Shown: positions 12,077 to 25,752, numbered from the whole stretch's first letter. The stretch is DNA of 63,388 nt, filler included, from Phoronis australis (GCA_002633005.1; 10 parts of 10 records of this genome joined end to end with filler, not necessarily neighbours in it); one strand, 5' to 3'. The notes: generated by a model not told the origin, from the sequence alone. Made by a program: numbers and translations.

Positions 12077-15000
12077 TTTTCTCTCGGTTGCGGGTATAGC
12101 GAGCCCTTCTGTGATTTTTAAGTTACACACAGTTTGTGAACGTAACCCATGAAGACGGTCAAGTCCGAATAAGAAAAATTTTCAACCCAAGCTGCAACGT
12201 TTACTGCCATCGTAGCTCTTTATATACTTCCCATAGAGAAATGCAAAAGTGGTCAAGCAGGTGGCCCGCGTTCACTGGACCCCTCTGAATCTGGTACATT
12301 ACCAAACACTGAAGGTTCAGTGCAGGCGGCGTATGCTACTCTAAAAACGCACTATTTCCAATAGTTTCAGTTTCCTATGCCACATATATTGCGCATGCTC
12401 CAACATAAGTTAGTTTCTTCAGCTGCTTATTACATGTTAAATATTACTTTTTCTTCGGTGAAGATGATCTCACAGGTCGTATCACGGCCTTTCTTGTTTG
12501 ACTGATTGTAACAACGATTAACAGACCTCGTATTTGTGAAAACATTCCGCATTTCAGATGCTCCTGCTGTGATGACGTCAAGACTAGTTCATGTTATTTT
12601 TTCGCACTCTATTATGGATGGATATATAACTCAAACAATTCTGAAGATCACTCCCATAAAATATTTTGCATGATATCAAATTTAAAATCCTGTAGTTAGT
12701 GTGGTAACTCTAATAACCACGTCCCGACATTCGTCGAAGCTTCGCAATTTATCGCAGTATTTGCCCGTGATGCTTCACATCCGGAGGGCGATTTTCAACC
12801 TTGTTTTCATGTCATAAGATTACATTCATGTTTATTGATATCGCACCCAATCTCGGCTCCGTTTTTTGTGTGAGTTTGACTGCATTCGTCTTTCTCATGT
12901 CGGCGAAAATTTCACGTGCTGTAAGTTCTAATGCATGCACGAAGATGTTTTTACCTCACCGCATAAGAGAGCGCATTTTGACCAACCGATGCCCATTTAC
13001 TAGCGCGTATTATCTCACTGTTACGGCGAAAAGGGACTTCCATTCTTTGCGTTTCTTGGGTTTTCCTGTCGTCCTGTAAACTCGCTCATACAGCACTACC
13101 TCTGCAACGCGCAGCCAATGACCTGACTCATGAACATAGCACGTGCGTTGGCTGGACGAGGCCATCCGATGAGAAAAAATATGTATACCTCGATTAAGGC
13201 CGCCAGTGAGACAACGCGCCGGTCAGGCTGGTTAATCGACCACTTCCCTAGCATTCAAAAGTTCTGTAACAAAGCGAGTTTTGCTAACAAAACACTTTCT
13301 TTGTCAACAGTATTCGATTTTTTGACCGTATGAGTTTTTATTACCGAAGTCAAGTACGAAATAATAAGACCCGCCAGATCTCGCATAATCACCCATTTTT
13401 TCGTTTCTTGATTGAATACGCGAAATATTCCTCTTGTTGGCATTAATATAACCTGCCGTCAACTCATTTATGTTTATAAAAGAGTAGTTCGTGCGTACTC
13501 TTGCAGTGCATATGGTGCTTCCTATTAACAAAATAACGTAAAAACGTTTGTGATTAGGTGGGATCTGAAGAGACCTCTGTTGGCTGTCGTCGTGAATGAC
13601 CGATAACCAAGATCGCCTAAGTTAGCGGTAAGCCTCTCCGATTGACCATTGTACGTAAATAATTCGAACTCACAACTAATGTGACTACTTTCTGGCACAT
13701 GTACGTATTCCAAGTAAGTTTTGTTTTGTTAGATGAAATAGTTCAAGATTGGGATAAGGCAAAATTACACTTTTAATTGACTTCCGTTTAGATTATGATT
13801 GGAGCTCAAAGGCTGTAATTTTTGCATGTTAAACAATATTGAAATTGCTTTATATTTGAAAGAAGTTTCAGATGTTTGGGTCTCTGAAAGTACGCGCCAT
13901 AACCAGTGAAACGGCACTACGTCCAAGGTGGGTTATTTTCTGTGGTCGGAGCGTCAAGGCAGATTCGAACATGCAACCGCCGCGATCTCAGTNNNNNNNN
14001 NNNNNNNNNNNNNNNNNNNNNNNNNNNNNNNNNNNNTTAATTAATTAANNNNNNNNNNNNNNNNNNNNNNNNNNNNNNNNNNNNNNNNNNNNTTTTTGCC
14101 TAGATTCGACACACATAAGGTCTTCGCTTACAGACGTTGGTTTACCTAATCAGTGGTATGGCAGAACTTCCATTCATCAATGTGTTGACAGTCACCATGT
14201 CTATTTATTGTATAGCAATATCATTTCGTGTATAGTATATCAAATTCACCAATCAAATCGCACTGTTAATGAGTGTTGTTCAGATAACATTTATGAGTGT
14301 TGTTGATTTTTAAAATGGCTAGAATTTTTCACATTTCCTTTCTAAACTAAAGCAATTTTGTTTCTCTTCAAAAACGAGCATTTTCCAGAGTAGCAGAAAC
14401 AGAGGCATTAAATTCCCATTTTGCATAGATATGGACCAGAACTTTTAAAACTTTTTAAAAAACTTATGTTCAAATGGAATTTGAAAACTTCAGAAAAATA
14501 TTTTTTTTAAGATGGAACGGTTAACTCTGGGTCACACTCCGGGTCCCATTCAATGACAGATTTCGATTTCATAAGCATATTATCTGGCGAAATTAAAACT
14601 TTCTTGCTCTTTTCTTTGCCACACCTCACTATTAAGCCTGATTGACAACAACTCAGTGTGCTGCACATTGCAAAGTGAGGGTCAAGAGTTCCCACATATA
14701 GGCAGTATTTACACCCTCTCTATCTGCAGTTGATTTCTGTAATTGAGTTGGTATACCCTGAAACAAATTACATAACCTAGCCGCTTTAATTGGTAGGGCA
14801 CAACTTTCAATTTTGAAATTGGAGGTCAATTTCAATATGTTTTTGTAATTCCTGGAGAAAATAATAAAAAAGCATACCAGCACACTAATCACTTTTTTCA
14901 TTTTTGACTTTTTGAGAGCCATTACATAAATAGAGAAAGTTGCAAATCATTTAATACACACAACATAGCATAAACCATTCACATGGCCTAACAATAGTTA

Positions 15001-15587
15001 ATGTCTCTCTGATGCAGCGCATGTGATGATGCACGAATGAACAGCGTAAATCTTGCTCTGAAAAAAACAATAATGTGTGTGTGCCCACACATGTATTTGT
15101 GGGTGTGTAATAATCAAACAACAAGTTAAGGAAGATGTGATATTTACAACAACCATTTACAAAGATGGATAACATTCCACCTCTTAATGTACACGGGTAT
15201 TTCTTAGGAAGAGATACAAGACTTAACGACAACAATGTCTATATGCAAGGAAAGCTTTTCTTTGCTAGGACACGGAACAAATGTGAAATCTAATTCCCAA
15301 CAGCTGAAGACACGTCATGACTGTGGTCAAACACTCAGCTCCTCATCTTCAAAGCATTCCCAATAACTGAAGATGCATCTTGGCTGTGCTCAGACACTCA
15401 GTTCTTAAAGCATTCCTATCACCAGAAACCCAATTCATGCTGCACTAACATGCCGAGATGCTCATAATCAGCTGGAACACTCTAAGTGCCAGACAACACG
15501 GCACGGCTGAACTCAGACCCCGTCTCTTACTTGGGCAGCATTTGCAGTGCCTGTAGACAAACTACAGTTGAAGCACATTCCAGTCTA

Positions 15588-15701
15588 TTATCTGGGCAGC
15601 ATCCCCAGTGCCTGGAGACACACTGTTGCTGCTTGGGCCTTGGCCAGCTTCTTGTTGCCGCTAGCGATGGATGGTTGGTACTCTGTGTTGTTGACCTTTA
15701 C
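15588..15701 (-). CDS. SON: SON, last coding exon (second half of dsRBD)
   Basis: TTGTTTAG acceptor, then VKVNNTEYQPSIASGNKKLAKAQAATVCLQALGMLPR*. Joins in phase 0 to exon 23101-23216. Confidence 0.9.
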   Translation of the reverse strand, partial: VKVNNTEYQPSIASGNKKLAKAQAATVCLQALGMLPR

Positions 15702-16769
15702 CTAAACAAGATGTCATAAAGAATTATTGCCAATCACTATCATTAAACTGAGGTTACTTGGAACAAAAACTGTTCTTAACACAAAGCACAGTGAGGTCAG
15801 GATTTGAACCTGGGGGGTCTCCGAAATTGAAATTTAATTCCATTGTCTCCACAAATGGTCAACTTGACATTCAATAGAGTGTATTACTAAGGCAATGGCA
15901 CTATCTGACTAACTGCATATTCAGGTAGTTACATAGGACAGTTTGCCCACAAACACACCCATGCTGATGAACTGTTTTCGGCTCTCAATCTCTTCAGATG
16001 ATTAAATGGGGGTCTTTACATTCATTAGCAGCACTTAGTAAAGATGGAGTTGAAAATGGCAGAGCAAAGATAAAAGTAACATTATTGGTTTCATGGTGTT
16101 GAGTAGGATGTATTTTTTGAAGTAAATGACTTTGACATGAGCTATAAAACACCAAAATGCATTTTTGTGATTTTATTAGAAAATGCCAAATCTCAAAGTT
16201 AGCCGGCAGCCATTTAGTAGAACTAACTGAAGTCGAGGCCAGTGACATTAGCAGTACACTTAAATACTCTGTTACTTGTCACAATGGCTTTTAGCTCTAC
16301 TAACAAAGTGTTGAACTGAGATTACGGATTTGAATACATCTTGGGACTGATCTGAAATACATAACATTGGACCAGATAACATCACTTAACCCGTCGAAAT
16401 ATGAGACTTGTGTATTTTTCAAGCTGATCAAGAAGTATGGGTTATCTGTTATGAAATGGCGAGTAATGCAACATTACAAAAAACCATACTATTCCCTTTC
16501 TGCACAGAAAAACTCTCTCTAAATCATATTTTCCTAGGTGAGGAAAATGATTTCATATTTTAGTCACTTCCAAAATCCTATATTTATTAATTTTCATTTT
16601 AATATTCTTTTTCCTAATTTATTCCTTGTAATTGTTCATACAGTAAAGTTTATATAATTCATGTATCCTTATATTTGTTCTTTGCATGAGGACCGTAGTG
16701 GTAATAAGTCATCAGGTTACTCTCCGCTAATTTCATGAGCCAGTATTTTACTATACGTTTTATTCTTAA

Positions 16770-19700
16770 GTATCAGTCCACGGATCCACCGACCACTGTA
16801 CAGCCAACAAGCGGCAAGGTGGGGGGTCAACCATTCAGATCCATGTTTAGTCTGATAAATCACATTAGGGATGAGAGAAAATGGGTGAAGTATGACACCA
16901 CAAAGTTTGGTGGTTTAGGAGATACATGGAAAGTGTTCTTGGGGGCAAAATGAGGCAATTTCTTGCTGTGGAATGAGTCATTTTTGACTAAATTTTCTAC
17001 TCCAGTTTCTGCTTCAAACAGAATCGTTTCTGAACAATTTTGATATCACATGATAGGTTCATGACCAATGTCAGTAAAAACGGCACCGACACTGCAATAT
17101 CGGTTACCATGGTAACACTGCAACTGTTTCCGTGGAGGTACATTTCCGTCTTGTGAAAAACCAGCAGTAAGCTGTACCCTTATAGCGAAGCTGCCCCCGC
17201 AAGAAAACTAAAAATAATAACATGGACATGTAGAAGACTCCATGCCCTTGAAATTAATACAATAAAAACTTTGTCAGCGCTTCAGGCAGGCTTGGTAATA
17301 GGTGTCTGAATTTCACTATTTTCAGACCGCGTATGTGTATTTGTCATGTTAAACCAGTCACTAGTTGTGCGCCGTTTCTACGCATTAATATGCCGTGGTA
17401 TAAAACAACAATTAAAACAATTGGTTTGCTTAAATGTTTTTAATTAATTTTAAGGACACTAGCATTTCCCAATAAATAATGAAATTATACTAAATTTGTT
17501 CATCCAATTCGTCTGAATACCAAACTAAAGCTTACAATGCGTTAGTTGAATGATGGCTGACCTAAAGTGCGGGTTTGCGAATTTATCTATTTATCTGGCA
17601 CTGCCAGTCGCATCGAATGTGGTATTTCTACAAATTGCGGGGAGAAACAACTTTGGAAACTCTAGGGAAATACACAAGGTATAGAGCGAGACATTTGAGC
17701 ACCTTATAAGAGTACGTGGAGCTGATGTGGAGGTGGAACGTGTCCTCCTGAGTAGTCTGTCTCAGTGTCTGCCTCGGAGGCACTGTGTGCAGCAGGAGCT
17801 ACATAATCTACCGTATTAGGTTCACTTGCCCGAATCATCGTTACAACACTCGAGATATGTTGGCGTCGCCAAAGACACTTAGAACATCCACTGCACACTA
17901 GAGGAGAAATCTGATAGAGGTCTGAAAAATTACCAAAGACGTTTAAAATCAAGGTTCAACGTCCTGCTTCGTGTGAGCTCAGGTAGGAATCACTAAACTC
18001 CAGGGTCTGACCCTGAGGAATATTTTTAGAAGCCCGTCATTCATGCAAAAATACTTTTATTGACACACCGTGATTGCTTATAACTTGGGCCTTATTGCTT
18101 AATCATATCTTATCTAAATGTGTTGATGTTTATGTAACTACATGTATACATTGGCATAGAAAACAAGGTTGTCATCATAACTTTTCATAACAACGACCAA
18201 ATGTGTAACATGACTTCTGCCCATGAACTACTTTTAGAGACTAGGGAGTATGTTTTGTCTACCAATGATTTTCTGCGATTATGAAGTTAATTAAACATGC
18301 TAAAGCCGTCAAAAATATTGGTGCCTTCACTTGTTTTAGCTTGGTATTCATATTTTGTGAGCCGAAATGGCCACATTAAATTTAATATGTTTAATTTTTC
18401 ATTAATAAAATTTTAGGAATCAGGAAAGGCTTATGCTGAAGAAGTGGCTTCTGCTGAAGTTGGAGACTTGCCAGTTATTAGTAAAGGTTGGGTATGGAAA
18501 ATTTCACAACCAGCAAGAAGACACTCTTCTGGACAACTAAGTGAGGGGCTAGAGAGAGGCCGGAAAGTCTACTCCCAGAAGATGTGTCAAAGAGAATTTG
18601 TAGCTTGAGGAACGAGTTGGAGAAAAAGTATTTGCCAAAGATAACTGGCTTATACCACAACAGGTCCAAAGTAATTTGTTGAGATAGGCCACTCTCAACA
18701 AATATGGGGAAACTGGGACAGAGGAAGTGGAGTATGCATAGAAAGAGGCAATCTGCGATTGTCAAGGATGTAGCATTGTAAAAATACAATGGGAGGAAAC
18801 AGTACAGTAGCTGGACCTGTAAATACTCTGGCTGATCTGCTAAAGCCAGTGGGGGCATTATTGTATCAGCACAGCTGTGTAGGGAAGTAGGCTTGTGTGT
18901 TGTCGCAAGCTTTGTTTGGATCAGACCTGCTTGTGTGAACAGCACAAGTCTAAAATTTACCTAGTCTAAGACTGAGTTTTTGTCCAGGCACGGATTATGA
19001 TCCTGGGCCACATGGTAATGGTACATTGTTCATTTTGTTTAGCCACTGGATTTTTTGGTCTGACAGGATTACTCAGTGTCGCCATCACATTTAGATGATT
19101 TCTGACCTCTGTACTATTCCTTTTCCTTGAAGATGCGTAATTGATCTGAATTTATGTTTCCGCATTTTATTTACCATTGTAGATTTTTGTTTGTAAATGG
19201 GTATATATTACTGAAATTTGAGACCCTGTTGCAGTTAGGCTGGTTTTGTTAACTTATCTTTCTGCCTGGGTTGTAAACCCATATTCTGTCCAGGAGGTAA
19301 TAAGTTTTGATTTAGACCATTTACCTCTATAAACTTTGCTCAGTTTGTTCCTTATCCAGATGGGAAGTGATTTCTGGAATTGTAGCAAATTGACAGTTTG
19401 CTATTCCTTGAGACCATGCTGTGTGTATAAAATCGCACACTATTAGTCTGGTCTTTAGCAATTGCATATTGCCAGATCTTTCAAAGTTCTGAAATTGCTC
19501 AAAAGTGACCTGGAAGTAATACCTATTTCGTGATGGTAAAATATCTAAATCAAAAGTTGTTTTATGTGATTTTAGGCGAGTTTATGTCCACTTCAAATGA
19601 TTTTTTGTTGCAGTACTGAAAAGTATTGGCACATTAGCTCTGGTGGCTCCTTGTTTTTTTTTGGCCGAATTGACCATTTTATTTTTCCCGTGGGTAATTT

Positions 19701-22414
19701 TGTTACTGGTCTAGTATGTATGTACAACTGTAATCGTAGGGCAATTGTAATGCAAACCATGTTGCAAAAGTATTTTTTCATGACCATTTCATTGTAAAAT
19801 GCTGCCTAATTGGAACCGACAAGCCAATTTTTCATTTTGTGGTGGTTAGTTTTGATAAGAACATTGATGTGGTAAATACAGCTACCTCAAGTTTGTGAAG
19901 AAGAGATTTCCAGTGTTGTCAGCGATATTGCGAAATCACTTTTTCGCAGTGAGACTACATCACCTTAAATGTAATTCCCTGACTTTATGAGCTTTGTGTG
20001 GTTGACTCTGTCCTGTAGCAGTTGAAAAGATCTAGAAGGCAATTTTTTATTAGAGTCATAACATTTGCACTTTTGACTGTAGAATTATCTTTGCATTGTA
20101 TTACGAAAACATATTTTGTAGTACGCAAGTCTCTGGTTGGTATTTTATATTTTTTCACAAGGAATATTTTCAACTTAGACGAGTTGTCTGTGAGGTAGGC
20201 AATTTTCAAATAAGATAATGAATAAAATTGTCAAACATTGTTTTATCTTTTAGATGTGTGATCTTCCAATAAGTGATTACTTTTAAAAAACCTGTGCAGA
20301 ATTTGATTTTTATTCTTCATTTGAAGGAGAATAAATCCATAAACCTGCATAATCTAGAATTTTTACTCAAACTACAGATTACAGGGTTGGGAATTGGAAT
20401 CTTAATACAAAAGAGTCTGAACCCCTACCATGAGCAATACAACACAATACACGGATATAAAAATTTGGTGTTCAGGTTCCACGGAAAGGATTCGTGTGCG
20501 CGGTGATAGTTACTACAGTGCGTGGTCATTGTTTGTGGATACTCTGGGATTCCTCTTCTGTGGTCATCCACTGGAAACCTCGTCGCATAGAGAACAATAG
20601 ATTAGCATCTTCATTGTTTCCGTTGTTATAATAAAGATATAATGACGAGCACTTATCGGCAACGGTCTGATGTACGCAAGGTTCTATATCCATGCGACCT
20701 GTGTTGTTACATCTAACAATGACACAACAAAGGAAAACAATGATATGACCGCTGGGCGAAAAACATGCGACGAGTTGCCATGGACAGTGGTGGAGTTTGT
20801 CTTGTCATTCGAATGTTTTTACAGAACTGCAAACCCGGTATTTCGTCAGGAAAATTTCTGCGGTCTTTTGTTTTAAGTCGTGGGAAAAATTGCGGTCATG
20901 CAACCTAACTTATCATTCATTTGATATTACAATGCATTACATGAACATTTGATCAACAGAAAATCTGACTTGAATATGAGGAAATTGCAAAGTAAAACAA
21001 CTGTAAATCAAAATACATGTAACCTACATTTGTCGAGTTCATGTCTAACCCTGTTCACTGTGGAGGACATAATCGGCTTTTTACAAAATGGAGCCATGTA
21101 TGGTATTTAGGGGTACTATAGCCCTAAGTGATCAGTAGTAAAACGTTCAAAACATTCAGGAGGAACTAACTTGTTGCAAAATATCGAAAAACATGAAGGA
21201 CNNNNNNNNNNNNNNNNNNNNNNNNNNNNNNNNNNNNNNNNNNNNNNNNNNNNNNNNNNNNNNNNNNNNNNNNNNNNNNNNNNNNNNNNNNNNNNNNNNN
21301 NNNNNNNNNNNNNNNNNNNNNNNNNNNNNNNNNNNNNNNNNNNNNNNNNNNNNNNNNNNNNNNNNNNNNNNNNNNNNNNNNNNNNNNNNNNNNNNNNNNN
21401 NNNNNNNNNNNNNNNNNNNNNNNNNNNNNNNNNNNNNNNNNNNNNNNNNNNNNNNNNNNNNNNNNNNNNNNNNNNNNNNNNNNNNNNNNNNNNNNNNNNN
21501 NNNNNNNNNNNNNNNNNNNNNNNNNNNNNNNNNNNNNNNNNNNNNNNNNNNNNNNNNNNNNNNNNNNNNNNNNNNNNNNNNNNNNNNNNNNNNNNNNNNN
21601 NNNNNNNNNNNNNNNNNNNNNNNNNNNNNNNNNNNNNNNNNNNNNNNNNNNNNNNNNNNNNNNNNNNNNNNNNNNNNNNNNNNNNNNNNNNNNNNNNNNN
21701 NNNNNNNNNNNNNNNNNNNNNNNNNNNNNNNNNNNNNNNNNNNNNNNNNNNNNNNNNNNNNNNNNNNNNNNNNNNNNNNNNNNNNNNNNNNNNNNNNNNN
21801 NNNNNNNNNNNNNNNNNNNNNNNNNNNNNNNNNNNNNNNNNNNNNNNNNNNNNNNNNNNNNNNNNNNNNNNNNNNNNNNNNNNNNNNNNNNNNNNNNNNN
21901 NNNNNNNNNNNNNNNNNNNNNNNNNNNNNNNNNNNNNNNNNNNNNNNNNNNNNNNNNNNNNNNNNNNNNNNNNNNNNNNNNNNNNNNNNNNNNNNNNNNN
22001 NNNNNNNNNNNNNNNNNNNNNNNNNNNNNNNNNNNNNNNNNNNNNNNNNNNNNNNNNNNNNNNNNNNNNTGTAGTAAAACTACTAAATGAGGGTGGTAAA
22101 TCGGAATCGTGTTTCAAGACATCTGTGTAACAATCTACAGGCACCACTAAACAATGCCCAGTGAATAATAAATCAATAGCTTTCATTCAAGGAAAAATAT
22201 GAACAGTTAAAACTGGACAGTTTTTATACCGTGAAAACATGGCTGCGAAGCCGTAAAATGTGTTTGAGCCTATAACTTTAGAAAAACGCAATATTTTAAG
22301 GAAATATTTTACCGCTGTTTATAGATCCCATAGGACTACCTATGTGCCAAATTTGGTGAAAATCGGCTGACCCCCACCTTGCCGCTCATGGCTGGTGCTC
22401 TCGTGGACTAGTAC
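16770..22414. mobile_element. ~5.6-kb decayed TIR DNA transposon in the SON last intron (superfamily uncertain, Sola3/Academ-like)
   Basis: Imperfect ~60-bp TIRs: GTATCAGTCCACG..AGCGGCAAGGTGGGGGGTCA / TGACCCCCACCTTGCCGCT..CGTGGACTAGTAC, with TTAA on both sides. Decayed plus-strand coding fragments at ~17600-17990 and ~18417-18960. Contains an N gap. Confidence 0.6.
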
Positions 22415-23100
22415 TTAAGTATGAGATTTGCCAAAAAAGTCTATCTGTCTATAACAATGGGAAGTTGACAATACATGCAAAAGTACTCCAGTATACAATT
22501 AAAAGACGTATAATCAAAATGTGGCAACTGTATAGCTCCACAGATGAGCGCATGCAGCTCATTGTGGAGCTGTGCCTAACTGCAGAACTTAGGGGCATGT
22601 CCCTATTACATGGGACATTTGATTAGAACATGCCTCGATTATGGTGTTCCAGACGTAGGCTAAAGGCTGTCTTAAAAATAAAGCTATGAGTTTTACAACT
22701 ACACCTAGAGTGCCATAAACGCAACAAGCTGTGTGAAATAAAATACTTCAGCAGTATATTATTAAAAAATTACACTGCACCTATAATTGGAGCACAGCAT
22801 GCCATTAATTGCATAACTTAGGCGCATGCTTGAATATGTGGGAAATTTGAGGCGCATTTGTGGGGTTACACTGTACATTTTTTCCAGATAAAGTCTTCAA
22901 CTCTTGCTGTTTAACAATCTTTTTAAGGAAGGAATTAATAGCACGAAACGATATGATCTTCACATTAGAGCAAGGTACCTTCTGACCATGCCACCGTTTC
23001 ACAATAAGACCTTCGGACAAGAGAACTTTCGAACAAAAAATCTTCAAATCAATGACCAATACCATAATACGTAAATACAACAGATATACGTGGCACTCAC

Positions 23101-23216
23101 CTTGAACAAGAAGTTTTTCTTGTGATCTGGACCACTTTCATGGACTAAAATAAAGTCAGGAGAGCCCCAATGACGCCGGTTACAAATCTCAACCAGGGCC
23201 GAAACGGGATGTTTCC
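23101..23216 (-). CDS. SON: SON exon (first half of dsRBD)
   Basis: (G)KHPVSALVEICNRRHWGSPDFILVHESGPDHKKNFLFK; TTTGTTAG acceptor, GTGAGT donor. Confidence 0.92.
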
Positions 23217-23976
23217 CTAACAAAGAACAGAAATACTAAAATGTTACTATGCTCATTACAACATAAAAATACTGCAATAAGCTCACCACAAGTGTAAGCA
23301 TTGTGATCAAAATTGATACTACTTGAAAATAAGTGAACTAATTTAAATCCAATAAATTGTCATCAATGATAAATTACAAGCATTTCCAGTCACTAAAACT
23401 CACGGTAACACTCTCTACTCGCACTGCCGATTTCAGCTGCAATGCCATCTCTCCATAGTGCAGCTAATCAGTGAACGAGCAGAAATCAATTTCAAAATGG
23501 ACTACAGTTGTTACAAACCCTCCTTTCATAAAAAACACAATCAAATATTTGTCTTTACGCAGGTAACAATTGTGTGCTTTGGAAGAACAGACAGTCCAGC
23601 TGGTCATTTTACGAATTAAACATACCCTCAAGAAAAAATGAACTGCCAAGCTACGGCAAATTTAAATACAGTCGAATCCAAAAGTTGTAACCCTTTTTGG
23701 TAGAAGATGAGATTGTAGCAGCTTTAAACAATTAATTAACTGCTTGTAATTAGCTTAGCAAATGGCTGCATACAATAAATGTGAAAATTGGAAGAGAATT
23801 TACAGAAAACTTCTGCTCCAGAATTTAGCAGAGACAAGAAGATGAAACCAGAGAATATTTCTAGGAAAATGCTTTAAAATTCTGCAAACACCCAATGAGA
23901 TCATCAATTTTAATTAAAAACTTGTGCATCAGTAACCATGCAAATATCGATTCAGGGTTGGATAAATAGTTGTTAC

Positions 23977-24048
23977 CTGACATGTCCCTGGCCACCTTTA
24001 CTGCTGGTAAAGTAGCTTTCTTGCCACCCTCTCCCTCAGTTGTAAGGC
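23977..24048 (-). CDS. SON: SON exon (linker between G-patch and dsRBD)
   Basis: (G)LTTEGEGGKKATLPAVKVARDMS(G); TTTCAG acceptor, GTAACA donor; phase 1/1 fits both neighbours. Confidence 0.85.
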
Positions 24049-24499
24049 CTGAAATGACAAAACAAAACCAGGGGGTGAAACGCCCTTTCGAGTAAAAGGT
24101 CAGTGAGAATACAACCAAAAACACAGATGGTTATGTATAATGGTTGAAATTCTAGAGTTAAATGCAAGTCATTGTTAGCAGACAATATGCGAGTTCACAG
24201 CCATACACATTTAGGTGATGGCATTGAGATAAGAGTTGCCTAACGAATCAAGACATTCGTTTTCACCATTTCAGAAGTATTGCCGGATGGCCGTGCTATG
24301 TTATGCAAATTCGTTTTCATTTATTTGTAAAACTAGCGTTCTGTCCAGGGGGAAGTTGTAAGACTTTTACGTACTTGCAGAACAGAAACTGGAGGAATTA
24401 AGTAACCTATTGAGCCTGATGGCCTCCAAAAGAATTACTAAAATAACTGTTACAACCCCAGTACTAATGACCAGTGGCTCCAACCATCATTTTACCCAC

Positions 24500-24647
24500 C
24501 TTTCCTGTCCACTTTAAAATCCAGCACCAGGGGCTCAGCCGGCCCCTCACTGTTCTTGCCTAGCCCCTGTCCCTCCTTCCAGCCCATCTTCTGCAGAAGG
24601 AACATACCAACACCCCCTTTCACAGGGGCAGCCTTTTGGAACTGGTC
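24500..24647 (-). CDS. SON: SON exon (G-patch domain)
   Basis: DQFQKAAPVKGGVGMFLLQKMGWKEGQGLGKNSEGPAEPLVLDFKVDRK(G), a canonical G-patch; TTTTAG acceptor, GTGGGT donor. Confidence 0.92.
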
Positions 24648-24837
24648 CTAAAACATGGAAGCANTACCAACACCCCCTTTCACAGGGGCAGCCTTTTGGA
24701 ACTGGTCCTAAAACATGGAAACAGTGGTCAATGACAAGACAACATATCACGCAGCAGACTTATGTCATTTAATTAGTTCAAATGCACAAGAACTGCATAA
24801 GAATGTCGACATCTGTTAATGACAGATGGCAAAACTT

Positions 24838-24904
24838 ATCAATTTACACCTTAACTATACAATTTACACCTTAACTACACAATTTACAACTTAACTATAT
24901 AATT
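24838..24904. repeat. 20-bp minisatellite x3
   Basis: AATTTACACCTTAACTATAC units. Confidence 0.8.
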
Positions 24905-25752
24905 TCCGAACGTTACAAATCTGTATATGATTGCGTTTAATTTGTGAATTTGTCAAATAATTTCCACTCGTTCACAAATTTATTTACTAGCTTCTGCAAG
25001 TCCTATTTTTGGAAGTGAATAATCATTGTAGCTTAGTAATACCCAGGACTACGTGAACATAAATCACAAGTAAACCATGGCAACAAGACTGTGGCAACGC
25101 CCTTATCAGAATATATAACACAAAATCCACTATAAAAAAGCATAACATGATTTTTCAACCTTGAACGAATATTGCCAAAATACTTTTCATTGATAATGTC
25201 AAAATAGATACTCTTCCATTAACATTTGCAAGATCGTTGCACACTCCAGAACAAAGCAATGTTTGACCTCAACTCACCTCCCCTGACCTGGCTGAAGAGG
25301 GTTCGCCTTGACACCAAAGCCTGTGAGCTCAATAATCTCTGCACCAGGTCTTCTTACCCATGGCTGCCAGTGTCATCTAGTGTTTATGAAACATCCACTC
25401 AAAATTCCTCCATTGGTCAACATTGCCCACTAAGACCCACAAGAAACCTCTGCGATTTTCATCAGCAACAAAAATACACACCAGTTACTTCATCTACATG
25501 TGAACAGGTGTTGACCAAGAGAGAAATTTGACATGTGGCAGCTAGCAGCCATGGGGATTGAGGTCTGAACACTGGAGGTTATTCATGTTCCAGGGCCCAG
25601 ACCTCAAGAACACCTGGGGCAGACAGATGGGATGAAACATGCTTTAAAACAGTGTGCCACTATGAGAGGCGACAAAACATTGTGATGAAGCATGTTTTAT
25701 AGTTAAATATCAAAACAAAGAGAGCCCACCACACCACTAGAGATATATTTAA

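Noticed and set aside
15790-15822. tRNA gene (B-box-like GGTTCAAATCC on minus; similar at ~13960 and ~61765)
   Set aside because: No cloverleaf; at most degraded tRNA-derived SINE heads.
17704-17952. Minus ORF or alternative SON exon in the last intron
   Set aside because: It lies inside the 16770-22414 TIR element, the donor is weak, and the coding signal is on the opposite strand.
21116-22186. Long ORFs of 293-356 aa, and similar ones at 51016-51774
   Set aside because: They consist almost entirely of N-gap codons.
24605-24722. Apparent tandem duplication of the SON G-patch exon 5' end and acceptor
   Set aside because: Exact copy separated by a single N, typical of an unmerged contig overlap.
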